Source: Planctomycetota bacterium
Lineage (GTDB): Bacteria > Planctomycetota > Phycisphaerae > Phycisphaerales > SM1A02
Length of the DNA stretch: 64,000 nucleotides
Assembly: GCA_022574595.1 (NCBI GenBank)
Contig: JACZRS010000016.1
Coordinates: forward strand, 5,589 to 69,588
Direction of reading: 5' to 3'
Below the pieces are notes generated by a model that ran no database searches, was not told the DNA's origin, and worked only from the letters and a program-made list of their open reading frames with translations. Positions within the stretch are counted from its first letter, which is position 1. Each line of letters begins with the position of its first letter. A program made the position numbers and the translations under genes. Shown here in pieces: positions 1-9,290 of this stretch.

Positions 1-1
1 A

Positions 2-916
2 ATGACGAACGGAAGCGTGTCAGCGGCGATGGCAACTGGGGCTTTATCCGTTGCGATCGTTTTGTTGTTGACCACGTGCGGGCAGGCTGATAAACCGGCG
101 CGCTCAGACAGCCGATCGGCATTCGCCTATGACCTTGCTCAGTCCCATCCCGACCAAGCGAGGCAAAGCGGCGATAATGTGCAGGCCGCTGAAGCCGACA
201 AGGCGGATGATATCGCAAAGGTGATCGATGAGTGGATGCCGCCGCAGCCGCCGGGTGCAACGGAGCGTGTTGTGGATCGGCAACGAATGGTCCAGCATCA
301 GATCGTTGACCCACCGGCCGGAAGAATACCGGTCAAGAACTATTCTGTGATCAAGGCGATGCGGACCGTACCTCGTCACGTGTTTGTCCCGGCCGATCTG
401 CGCAGCCGCGCTTACATCGACTCACCGCTACCGATCGGTAATGGACAGACCATCTCACAGCCATACATCGTTGCGTATATGACGGAGTTGCTACAACTTG
501 ATCCTGCTGCCAAAGTGCTCGAGATCGGTACCGGTTCAGGGTATCAAGCGGCCGTTCTCGCGCAGCTAACGCCGAACGTCTATACGATCGAAATCATTTC
601 CCCGCTCGCTAAGACAGCAAACAAGAGCTTGACAGAGCAAGGCTATAAGCAAGTGAAAACGAAACAAGGCGATGGGTATTTTGGGTGGGAGGAGCACGCG
701 CCGTTTGACGCCATCATCGTGACCGCGGCTGCAGGTCATATTCCACCACCGCTTTGGCAGCAGCTAAAACCCGGCGGGCGAATGGTTGTCCCCATCGGCG
801 GCGCCTATGAGGTCCAGCGCCTGCTTGTCGTTGAAAAGACAGAGGAAGGCAAGCGTCGCTCGAAATCGGTCATGGCAGTTCGATTCGTGCCACTGACCCG
901 TTCAACGGAGAAATAG
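2..916 (+). CDS. pcm: protein-L-isoaspartate O-methyltransferase with an N-terminal hydrophobic/linker extension; ATG is at nt 2, so the true start may lie left of the window
   Basis: SAM-binding motif VLEIGTGSGYQAAVLA and the PCMT C-terminal signature DAIIVTAAAGHIPPPLWQQLKPGGRMVVPIG are present in the translation. Confidence 0.75.
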   Translation: MTNGSVSAAMATGALSVAIVLLLTTCGQADKPARSDSRSAFAYDLAQSHPDQARQSGDNVQAAEADKADDIAKVIDEWMPPQPPGATERVVDRQRMVQHQIVDPPAGRIPVKNYSVIKAMRTVPRHVFVPADLRSRAYIDSPLPIGNGQTISQPYIVAYMTELLQLDPAAKVLEIGTGSGYQAAVLAQLTPNVYTIEIISPLAKTANKSLTEQGYKQVKTKQGDGYFGWEEHAPFDAIIVTAAAGHIPPPLWQQLKPGGRMVVPIGGAYEVQRLLVVEKTEEGKRRSKSVMAVRFVPLTRSTEK

Positions 917-921
917 CCGAC

Positions 922-3399
922 ATGGAGCGGTCCGCGGTGCGCCCAGTTTCCATAATACCATTGTGGCGTTTGATCTGGATCGTTGCCTGTGTTTCTGCAG
1001 GCCTGCTTGGCTTCGAAATCTCGCTGATGCGAATTTTGCTTGTCGCAAGCTGGCATCACTTTGCATTCCTTGTGATTGGTGTCGCATTGTTGGGTTTCGG
1101 AGCCAGCGGTACCGTCTTATGTATCTTTCGTGAATGGCTAATGAAACGCGGTGAAGCAGCGCTGTTTGTGTTGACGATCCTCACCGCCATGTCAATGCCC
1201 ATCTGCATGGCGCTGGCGCAGCAGATACCCATCGAGGCGAGATTTGTGCCAACGCTACTGTTGCAACAGCTCGGCAACTGGGTGTTATACTGGCTCGTTT
1301 TGGCAGTGCCGTTTCTGTTGGGAAGCGCGGCGATCGGGCTGGCGTTGATGCTCGCAGCGGATCGAGTTGCGTTGGTGTACGCAGCCAATCTTGCCGGAAG
1401 TGGTGTCGGCGCTGTGCTGGTCACGGCAGCGATGTATTACGTGCCGCCGCCGTGGCTCCCCTTGCTCATGTGTCTATTGGCGATCCCGGGTGTCTTGGCG
1501 GTGCGCTGCGGCAGCTTGGGGCTTCGGATCGGTGCGATGGTGACGGCAATCGCCTGCTTGACCTTGTGGCTTTGGGTTGACCCACCACAGATCCGCAGCG
1601 ATCCATTTAAGTATCTGGCTCACGTGCGACAGCTTGAACAGCAACACGTCGTTCGTCGCCTTGCTGCGGAGTTCAGTCCGCGCAGCACGATCGAGATCTA
1701 CCGCGGTGATGTGTTTCACGAATTCAACTTCTTGTCCATCGATGCCGTTGTGCCCGAGGTTGATGTCATTCTCATGGACGGTCACTTAGCCGGTTCGATG
1801 CTTCGTGTTGACCGAGTCAATGCCGGTGATGTGGTCGAGCATACCATGATGTCCGTACCGTATGCTCTCCTGCCCCAGCAGCCACGTGTTTTGCTGTTGG
1901 GCGAGGTCGGCGGAGGCAACGTCTGGCTCGCACAACGGCACGGCGCCGCGTCAATCCAACTTATCCAGCCCGATCAGGCATTGTTGCGTCTCTTAAATGG
2001 TCCGCTGCGCCACGACACAGGCAGGTTTCTTGCACTGCCCACGGTTGAAGTGTTCACCGCTGATCCCAGACATTTCGTTGAACATACCTCGTCGCAGTTC
2101 GATCTTATTCAACTTGTCAGCATGGAGTCAATGACGGCCGGCTCCGGAGGCATCGGGGGTCTCGCCGAAAACTACCTTATCACTGTCGAGGGACTTACCT
2201 CATCGTTGCGCGCGCTTACTGAACAGGGCGTGCTTTCGGTGTGTCGGGGTATCCAGGACCCACCGCGCGATAACCTCAAAATACTTACCACGCTCGTTGT
2301 GGCACTGCGCCGGCTCGGAATTTCACATCCCCAAGATCACATCGTAATCGTCCGTGACTTTCTGGCGGTTTGTACGCTTGTCAAACGTACGCCCTGGTCG
2401 CCTCAGCAGATCGAGACGGTTCGGGATCTCTGCTCGCAGCGCGATTTGACACCGGTCTGGTTCACGGGTATTCGTGACAACGAACTGAATTATCCAGACG
2501 AAATGCCGGGTCCTTCGGGCGCGTTGGGCGACTGGTACCACGAAGCTGCCCGGCAACTGTTCTCGATTGACAACGCATCTGCCTTCATTGACGACTGGAT
2601 GTTCGACATCCGCCCGACGACCGACTCCAGGCCGTTCTTCCTGGACTTCAGTAAATTGCGATCGCTTGGCGCGTTGCGGAAGGCGTACGGCGACATGTGG
2701 CTTACCCGCGCGGAACTTGCATACTTGTTCGTGCTCAGCGCAGCCGCCTTGGTTGCAATGGTCAGCGTGCTGTTGACCATCGTACCGCTGCTCCTGCTGC
2801 GATCGATCAGGCGATCATCAGGGAAAAGGGCAACCGCCGCGTATTTCGGGGCCATCGGCCTGGGATATCTGATGCTGGAGATGGTTGTGCTGTCAGCATT
2901 GACGCACTTGATCGGAGACCCCATCCACGCCGCCGCACTAACCATCGCCACGTTTTTGCTGTTCTCCGGTCTGGGGAGCATGCTCTCGCAGAGGTTCATC
3001 GTGCGATCGAGCCCAATAGTGAGCTGGTTGATCGTTGCTCTGGTCATCTTTGGGACTGTCGATCTCTTAGTGATCCTGCCCGTTGTTAATAGCTGGGCGG
3101 GCGCGTTCTCTTTCACAACGCGGTGTGCTCTAGGTGTACTGCCGGTCGCTCCATTGGCGTTTCTGATGGGTTTTCCGATGCCAAGCGGTCTGTACCGGCT
3201 TAATCGCGCCGCACCCAAGCTCATTCCCTGGGCGTGGGGCATCAACGGCTTCGCCTCGGTGCTCGCACCACCTTTGGCCATCGCTCTGGCCATGACCTGG
3301 AGCTATCACATCACCGCCAGCATCGCACTCCTTATGTATGTCGCTGCTACATTGCTGCTCCCGCGCTTGCCAGCTATGCAAGATGCTTCCGCTTCGTAA
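922..3399 (+). CDS. polytopic membrane protein with a central spermidine-synthase-like (aminopropyltransferase-fold) domain
   Basis: TM-rich N- and C-terminal thirds; central VLLLGEVGGGNVWLAQRHG ... FDLIQL block resembles the PABS fold; starts 6 nt after the pcm stop, so an operon is likely. Confidence 0.55.
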   Translation: MERSAVRPVSIIPLWRLIWIVACVSAGLLGFEISLMRILLVASWHHFAFLVIGVALLGFGASGTVLCIFREWLMKRGEAALFVLTILTAMSMPICMALAQQIPIEARFVPTLLLQQLGNWVLYWLVLAVPFLLGSAAIGLALMLAADRVALVYAANLAGSGVGAVLVTAAMYYVPPPWLPLLMCLLAIPGVLAVRCGSLGLRIGAMVTAIACLTLWLWVDPPQIRSDPFKYLAHVRQLEQQHVVRRLAAEFSPRSTIEIYRGDVFHEFNFLSIDAVVPEVDVILMDGHLAGSMLRVDRVNAGDVVEHTMMSVPYALLPQQPRVLLLGEVGGGNVWLAQRHGAASIQLIQPDQALLRLLNGPLRHDTGRFLALPTVEVFTADPRHFVEHTSSQFDLIQLVSMESMTAGSGGIGGLAENYLITVEGLTSSLRALTEQGVLSVCRGIQDPPRDNLKILTTLVVALRRLGISHPQDHIVIVRDFLAVCTLVKRTPWSPQQIETVRDLCSQRDLTPVWFTGIRDNELNYPDEMPGPSGALGDWYHEAARQLFSIDNASAFIDDWMFDIRPTTDSRPFFLDFSKLRSLGALRKAYGDMWLTRAELAYLFVLSAAALVAMVSVLLTIVPLLLLRSIRRSSGKRATAAYFGAIGLGYLMLEMVVLSALTHLIGDPIHAAALTIATFLLFSGLGSMLSQRFIVRSSPIVSWLIVALVIFGTVDLLVILPVVNSWAGAFSFTTRCALGVLPVAPLAFLMGFPMPSGLYRLNRAAPKLIPWAWGINGFASVLAPPLAIALAMTWSYHITASIALLMYVAATLLLPRLPAMQDASAS

Positions 3400-4055
3400 T
3401 CCGTTATAGGAAGGCGAAAACCGCATCCAGGCGTTTACTGAAGGACTGGAATAACGAATGCGAGCTAATTCTTGGTGGTAATTGGTCAAAGGAGTAGGTG
3501 ATCCGGGATGTAAGTCTGGCCATTCTTAACGTCGCCGTACTGTCTAAAACCTCGGCCGAAATAGCACCAAGCCACGCTAGCCTAAACCTCCAAGATGTGA
3601 CGACTTACAGATCGACCGAATTTTTATACAGTACGCGTCTGGTTAGTCGTCAATCACATCAAAGGACGCTATTTGGCTCGCAATGCGGACAAGCTGTGAT
3701 TTTCTCAAGACGAGAGTTATCGGTCCATGCTGTGCACAGTGAGGCATTTCACAAGCAAACCGCTTGTTTTTCCCGATGGCTTGGCAGACCCTTAGCTACG
3801 AATGGTGGATACGACGATGGCAGTCAAGCCTCAGGCAAAGCAATGGATCATTCGAGAGCAGATCATCGAGGACCCAGTTTCTGGACTGACTTTCCAATTC
3901 GAGGTGATGCCCAAGGGTGATGCCCGCTTGTACGTTTACGGGGATCTCCCGTTTGGGAACAGAGAATTCATCTTCGACAGCAAAGGAAAAGAGGCCGGTG
4001 CAGGCACTGCTATCACCGGTCTCTGTCGACCATCTTGGTTGCATATGTGTGAGCC

Positions 4056-4364
4056 TTAGGCGACCTTCTCGTTACACCTCGGTAGGCTGTTGTGGAGATT
4101 CTTGTACTCCTCCAAAAGTTCCTTCTCCCGTGCAACCGCAGATGACGTGATCTCCACGTTGAATGCAGTGGCATTCTTCGTGCAAGGGCCTTCGCGCCCC
4201 TCCCTATGATCCGTCAGTCGGGAGCGAATCGTCACTTCACCGCCTTGCGCACGGCCAAAGTAGATAATCGTCTCTCCTTCATAGAGCGAGTAGACGCCTG
4301 CCTCAGCGGCAACCTCCTTGATGTTGGCATCCGTGAACTGAATTTTGTCGGCTGTTATTGTCAT
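4056..4364 (-). CDS. small hypothetical protein (~103 aa)
   Basis: AGGAG lies 8 nt upstream of the ATG (MTITADKIQF...); the ORF-track N-terminal extension to 4475 is probably not translated; sits in a low-GC pocket. Confidence 0.3.
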   Translation of the reverse strand: MTITADKIQFTDANIKEVAAEAGVYSLYEGETIIYFGRAQGGEVTIRSRLTDHREGREGPCTKNATAFNVEITSSAVAREKELLEEYKNLHNSLPRCNEKVA

Positions 4365-4722
4365 GAGACTTACTCCTGTGTGAACGGTTACAATTCTGCC
4401 GTGAAACGATGCGGTGCATGGTACGGCGCCACAAGTAACAGTGCAAAAGGTCGCGGTTGTTCCCAGTGTTTTCAACAGTCCGGGTTCGACTACAGACGTT
4501 CCTATTGATCATCCGCTAAGACTTGGAGGAATTCTCGCAATGAAGAATAACTGTAAGTCTTTGCACAATAAGCAGTTCGGAGTTTTCGCCACGGAGAGGC
4601 ATATCAAAATGCAAATTCCGACGCGCGGATGCAAGTAAAGTACGCAATTACATTGAGCCCAATGCTCTGCATCTAAGTATAAGGATGCGTCCAGCTGCCA
4701 ATGGTGTTTAGTGCACCGAGGA

Positions 4723-4747
4723 CTACGTCCGAGAAGGGGCATTATGT
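4723..4747 (+). repeat. 25-nt exact direct repeat, copy A (CTACGTCCGAGAAGGGGCATTATGT)
   Basis: identical 25-mer recurs at 7112-7136; contains a GAAGGGG-N4-ATG arrangement. Confidence 0.8.
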
Positions 4748-4899
4748 CGCGGGGGTACTGCGAGCGAAGCAAGTGGATCGGCGGACTTCTTAAAGTCTAC
4801 CTAGCGGCGGTAATAATTTCTCGGCAAAATATTTCTCTCTCCGAGCTTGACCTTTGTACCAGCGCATACTATGGTACACAAAGTATGCGAGGCAAGACT

Positions 4900-5262
4900 A
4901 TGCGAATTGAACGTGAGATGATGCGGGGAGCGGGGCCCGTGGCGGTGCTTAAGCTCTTGGAGCCGGCGGAGATGTATGGGTACGAACTAGTGCGGGCCCT
5001 AGACGAGAGATCCGAAGGGGTCCTGGGGATGGGTCAGTCGACGCTTTACCCTATGCTCTACAACCTAGAGGCGAAGGGGCTGATTGCGTCACGATGGCTA
5101 GATAGCGACAATGGCCGCCCGCGCAAGTACTACCGCCTCACCCGCAAGGGACAAAAACGTCTGGCACACGATATCGCCCAGTGGCGGGCGCTGGTTAACG
5201 CGATGTCGGCGTTGGGTATCGTGCCCCAGCCGCAGACACGTTGTGAGGGAGTTACAACGTGA
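4900..5262 (+). CDS. PadR-family transcriptional regulator
   Basis: winged-helix PadR signature YGYELVRAL...STLYPMLYNLEAKGLI...RKYYRLTRKG; GAGG sits 7 nt before the ATG at 4900; the ORF-track start at 4711 is probably an artefactual extension. Confidence 0.8.
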   Translation: MRIEREMMRGAGPVAVLKLLEPAEMYGYELVRALDERSEGVLGMGQSTLYPMLYNLEAKGLIASRWLDSDNGRPRKYYRLTRKGQKRLAHDIAQWRALVNAMSALGIVPQPQTRCEGVTT

Positions 5263-6998
5263 CCCCAAGACGCCGCATCTGGCTGGATAAACTGATTGAA
5301 GAGAGCGAGCTGCCAACAGAATTGAGCGGGCTTGTTCGCGACATAGTGCAGCGTACGCATCTGTGGCGAGGTGAGAAGGCCGACGTCGCTGCCGAGCTCA
5401 TCTCGCATTTCCGGGATGGCCTCGAATTCGGCCGGACGTCCGAGGACTTGGCCCGATTGTTCGGCGACGCGAAACAGGCCGCCCGGCTCATCCGGCGGGC
5501 GCGCAAGCGGCAGCGACGGCTGCCGTGGCGGATCGTCCACCGTGGCTTACAGGCGACGGCGGTTGTCTTCGGTCTCTACCTGCTCGGCATCGTGTATTTC
5601 ATGCTGGGGCAGCCCGATCCCAAAGTGGACTATGTGGCATTGCTCAACGTCAAGTCGGCGGCCGTACCCGAGCACGAACGTGCCTGGCCTATGTACCGCG
5701 CTGCGCTACTCGCGCTTGGTGAGCCGCTGATGCACAACAGTCCCCGTCCCGGCGAGGATGACTGGGATGAAGTGGGGTCATACCTCCGAAAACACGTCGA
5801 CGTATTTGCGGATGTGCGCCGCGCAGCCGCCCGTCCGGATCTGGGTTTTGTCATCGGCTTCGAGCGCGATGAGCAAGACTTCGAACTGTGGCCTGACCTC
5901 GTCCCGACTATGAAGGACGGTCCGCTCGACTACTCGCTGTTCGCCATACTGCTGCCGCATCTTGCCGAAATGCGGCGCCTCGCCAGGCTCCTGGCGCTCG
6001 ACGCACACCGTGCAGCGGCCGAAAGCGACATCGACACCGCGCTGGCGGACATAGAAGCGATGCTCGGTATCGCCAGCCACGTCCGTGAGGCCCCAATTCT
6101 CATCAACGACCTCGTCGGAAACGCGGTCGCATCGCTCGCCATGGATACCAACGGTGAGCTGCTCGCGACCTATCCCGATGCATTCGACGACGATCAGCTT
6201 CGCCACCTTGCACACCGACTGAGCGTGATCGAGCCACTCTTCGGTGTGCGCTTCGACGGGGAGCGGTTCGGTTGGCGCGATCTCGTACAGCGCATCTACA
6301 CTGACGACGGTGATGGCGACGGTCGGCTGACAACCCGGGGCGTTACGGCGATGGAATATCTCGTCACCTTCCCGGGTACGACCATGTCGCCGCGCAAGGG
6401 CGGCACGGCAATCGTCGCCGGACCGTTGCTGCTGGCTACTGTGATGTCGCGCCGGGAGGCTTTGGAGCTGCACGAGCGCCTACTGGTGCAGTACGAGGTC
6501 GCGGCGGAGCGTCCAATGTGGGAATGGGGCTCGGGCCCGGGATTCGAGGCGGACAACCAGATTGCGAAGTGGAAGAGTTCGAAGCTGGACTCTGTCCGCT
6601 ACTTCCCACTCGTCCAGCTCATGCCCGGCCTCAGCCATGCAGCTAGGGTAAAGAAATACGGCCTCGCCCGACGTGATGCCTTGCTCGTCGCGATCGCGCT
6701 GGAGCTCGACCGTCGTCGGCGTGGAACGTGGGCGTCTAATTTAGACGATCTAGTGCCAGACTTGCTACCCACTGTTCCGCTTGATCAATTCAACGGCCGG
6801 CCGATCCGCTACGCGCTGGTCGACGGCACCCCGGTTGTCTACTCCGTGGGCAATGACCGGGACGATGACGGTGGGCGACGCTACGAGCTTGGCGGCAGCG
6901 CATGGAGCAACTCGGCCGGCGTTTGGACCGTTGACACGAATGCTACCAACGTCGTCGATGCCGATTGGGTGCTTTGGCCACCGGGTCGAGACAAGTAA
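5259..6998 (+). CDS. PadR-associated membrane signalling protein: N-terminal HAAS/DUF1700-like helical domain, one TM segment, and a ~450-aa extracytoplasmic domain of unknown function
   Basis: N-terminus LDKLIEESELPTELSGLVRDIVQ...ELISHFRDGLEFGRTSEDLARLFGD fits the DUF1700/HAAS pattern; single TM (AVVFGLYLLGIVYFML); GTG start overlaps the padR stop, suggesting translational coupling. Confidence 0.5.
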   Translation: MTPRRRIWLDKLIEESELPTELSGLVRDIVQRTHLWRGEKADVAAELISHFRDGLEFGRTSEDLARLFGDAKQAARLIRRARKRQRRLPWRIVHRGLQATAVVFGLYLLGIVYFMLGQPDPKVDYVALLNVKSAAVPEHERAWPMYRAALLALGEPLMHNSPRPGEDDWDEVGSYLRKHVDVFADVRRAAARPDLGFVIGFERDEQDFELWPDLVPTMKDGPLDYSLFAILLPHLAEMRRLARLLALDAHRAAAESDIDTALADIEAMLGIASHVREAPILINDLVGNAVASLAMDTNGELLATYPDAFDDDQLRHLAHRLSVIEPLFGVRFDGERFGWRDLVQRIYTDDGDGDGRLTTRGVTAMEYLVTFPGTTMSPRKGGTAIVAGPLLLATVMSRREALELHERLLVQYEVAAERPMWEWGSGPGFEADNQIAKWKSSKLDSVRYFPLVQLMPGLSHAARVKKYGLARRDALLVAIALELDRRRRGTWASNLDDLVPDLLPTVPLDQFNGRPIRYALVDGTPVVYSVGNDRDDDGGRRYELGGSAWSNSAGVWTVDTNATNVVDADWVLWPPGRDK

Positions 6999-7111
6999 TA
7001 CTCTGCTAGTGTGCCCGAGTCGTAGACCGTCGGATGAGTTTTGGAACACTACTGCATGTCAAGTTCATTGACCGGGAGGAGTGCCGAGCTAGGACAATGT
7101 GATGGCTGCAG

Positions 7112-7136
7112 CTACGTCCGAGAAGGGGCATTATGT
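7112..7136 (+). repeat. 25-nt exact direct repeat, copy B
   Basis: identical to 4723-4747; followed by a 21-codon ORF. Confidence 0.8.
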
Positions 7137-7333
7137 TATGGGAATGTGGATTGGCCGCTGCCGGGTTGGCGAAATATAGAGCCGAAAAGATCACTTGATG
7201 AGCTTGTAAGAATTTTGAAACCAGTCGCGATCGCAGAGATCGGCTAGGAGGACTTCTTCGATCCTACCGAACGGCCGCTTGATTTTCTCTGCCGAATTCT
7301 GATATTCTATCTGCGCTTGCCGAAAATCAAAAT

Positions 7334-7371
7334 CGGATAATTATCCGCGAACCGTCGAATGTTGGTATAAT
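7334..7371 (+). promoter_or_regulatory. candidate promoter: extended -10 (TGgTATAAT, 7363-7371) with the palindrome CGGATAATTATCCG over the -35 region
   Basis: read directly from sequence; would give a transcript start near 7378, upstream of the tRNA-like element. Confidence 0.3.
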
Positions 7372-7436
7372 GTTAGCATAGTTTGTAAAGACAAAACCGC
7401 GTTTACGCGGCAATAATCAGGGTTTTGCAGCCATTT

Positions 7437-7485
7437 GGGGTGTTCGACACGCAGGGGGTCACTGGTTCGAGTCCAGTACGGCCCA
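7437..7485 (+). ncRNA. tRNA-like minihelix with acceptor stem and T-arm only (tmRNA-TLD-like); alternatively a 3' tRNA/tmRNA fragment left as an att remnant
   Basis: canonical T-arm ACTGG-TTCGAGT-CCAGT (G53, T54 T55 C56, C61); 3' acceptor ACGGCCC plus discriminator A pairs 6 of 7 with 5' GGGGTGT; the 5' end carries the tmRNA-like GGGG-NN-UUCGAC signature; no anticodon arm fits. Confidence 0.35.
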
Positions 7486-7491
7486 TTAATC

Positions 7492-7529
7492 GCAAACCCT
7501 CGCAAGCGCAGGGTTTGTTAGATTTTGTG
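7492..7529 (+). terminator. rho-independent terminator after the tRNA-like element
   Basis: GCAAACCCT-cgcaagcgc-AGGGTTTGT stem-loop followed by TAGATTTTGTG. Confidence 0.45.
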
Positions 7530-7650
7530 ATGGAATTGATCGCGGCTTTACAACTCTTGGCGCATTCCGCATGGCTGGTTATTCCCACCCGGATCTTCGC
7601 AAAGCCTCAGGTCCGGCTTACTTGATACCATGATGCCTTGTTGCCATTTT

Positions 7651-9180
7651 TCAAAACACTTTGCGTCGTCTTGCGGGTGGGATGTCTAATTGCTGGCGAT
7701 ATTTAACGACTGTTCGCCTCGCAATTTCTATGCCGTGCTTTTTCAGTTCATCGGATAATGCTGCATCTGACCATGGGCTGGATTTGTCTTCGCCATCTAT
7801 AATTTCTTTTAACTTCGCTTTGACAGCTTCCCACGATAGATCTTCACCACTATCAGTTGCGGTTCCGCCAGAGAAGAATTTACGGAGTGCTACTTGCCCG
7901 CGCGGAGTTTGCATCCACTTATCAGAAACTGCTCGGCTAACTGTTGCAACATGTATTCCAAGTTGGTCGGCTACATCAATCATGGGTAACGGCTTTAGGT
8001 GTTGTGGGCCGTGGTCAAAATAATCTCGTTGTCGCGTCAGAACAACATTAACCACACGAAGCAAAGTATTTTTCCGCTGGTTTATCGATTCAATTAACCA
8101 CTGTGCGTTACGAACATTATTTGTAACGAACGCGCGCGTTGCTTTCTCAACGGTCTTGTCCTTGGCCATGGTCTGGTATTGCCTGGAAATTCGCAGCGAA
8201 GGCAAAACACCATCACACAAAGCAGCTACGTATATGTCAGCTTCTTCATCATAATCAACTAGAACATCAGGAATGATCGGTGGAACATCCTCATCAACAA
8301 CATCTCGGCCTGGGCTTAAATTCAGTTTGTGCATCAACTCCATGGCAATTTGTATGTCCTGGATTGATACGTTCTTCTTCTGGGCAATCTTGGGCAAACG
8401 ATTCTGAAGTAAATCATCGTAGTGATCTGCTATCAATTCACGCACTTCTTGCCAAGTTGGGTCGTGACCTGGTTCAGATAGGAAGCGATCGACTTGCAGC
8501 AACATACATTCCTGATGATTCCGCGCCCCGACGCCGGGCGGATCGAGTCGCTCTTGAATTTCCTTCAGCGCATTTTCCAGCAATTCTAAAGTAAATTCCT
8601 GTCCGGGCACATTTTTACTTTGTTCGAGAATTGTCTCAAGATCCCCGTCAAGCAAACCATCATCATTTATATATGTAATCAACAATTCCCCAGCACTTGT
8701 TATGTCACTTTCAACTTCTGCAAATGTCCATTGATGAGATAATTGTTCCGCTAATCTTTCACCACGTGCGGGCATATTTGCAAAGGCATCCATCTTGCGG
8801 TCGCGCTCGCCATCATTTCTTGCTCGTGAAAATGTGCCTGATGAGTATTGATTATCAAAGGCATCTTGATAGCCGGATTCTAATTCACCAAGACGCTCCC
8901 AATCATCGGCAGTATCTTTACCATCTTCTCCTACTACCAGTTCGCGCTGCTCTAAGCTTTCTGCATTGTCATCGTCTGTCGTGCTTGGAGCATCCGAATC
9001 AGCTTCATGCTCAATCTGCTCGAGCGCGATGTTGGATTCCAATTCCTGATCAATGCGTTCCTGCAATGCCAGCATAGGCATCTGCAGAATCTCCATGGAT
9101 TGGATCATGCGCGGTGACAGCTTCATGTGCTGCCCCATTTGCATTTGTTGGCTGGTTTCGAATCGCATATGCACTACCAA
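7651..9180 (-). CDS. rpoN: RNA polymerase sigma-54 factor
   Basis: Gln/Met-rich region I; C-terminal RpoN box [12 protein letters not shown]. Confidence 0.9.
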   Translation of the reverse strand: MVVHMRFETSQQMQMGQHMKLSPRMIQSMEILQMPMLALQERIDQELESNIALEQIEHEADSDAPSTTDDDNAESLEQRELVVGEDGKDTADDWERLGELESGYQDAFDNQYSSGTFSRARNDGERDRKMDAFANMPARGERLAEQLSHQWTFAEVESDITSAGELLITYINDDGLLDGDLETILEQSKNVPGQEFTLELLENALKEIQERLDPPGVGARNHQECMLLQVDRFLSEPGHDPTWQEVRELIADHYDDLLQNRLPKIAQKKNVSIQDIQIAMELMHKLNLSPGRDVVDEDVPPIIPDVLVDYDEEADIYVAALCDGVLPSLRISRQYQTMAKDKTVEKATRAFVTNNVRNAQWLIESINQRKNTLLRVVNVVLTRQRDYFDHGPQHLKPLPMIDVADQLGIHVATVSRAVSDKWMQTPRGQVALRKFFSGGTATDSGEDLSWEAVKAKLKEIIDGEDKSSPWSDAALSDELKKHGIEIARRTVVKYRQQLDIPPARRRKVF

Positions 9181-9290
9181 AGAAGAATAATCAGGAAACT
9201 AAACAGTCCAAGCATTAATGGTAAATATTTCTATTATGTAATGATATCGGCTTTGGCACACATAAAGCATATTAATCGAGTAAAACGTCA

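Noticed and set aside
2490-3293. 267-aa minus-strand ORF, and other long antisense ORFs in the first 7 kb (e.g. 5778-6473)
   Set aside because: High GC content suppresses stop codons. They lie wholly inside better-supported sense genes and have no motifs.
4711-4899. Long N-terminal extension of PadR (from GTG 4711 or ATG 4744)
   Set aside because: PadR proteins are ~110 aa. A GAGG RBS precedes the ATG at 4900. The extension is hydrophobic and low-complexity, though the ATG inside the 25-nt repeat makes alternative initiation conceivable.
7412-7487. Canonical full-length tRNA gene ending at the T-arm/acceptor found at 7461-7485
   Set aside because: No 5' acceptor partner at the expected distance. 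The only candidates (GGGTTTT at 7420, GGGGTGT at 7437) leave 32 nt or fewer for the D and anticodon arms, so no cloverleaf can be folded. The reverse strand gives no tRNA either.
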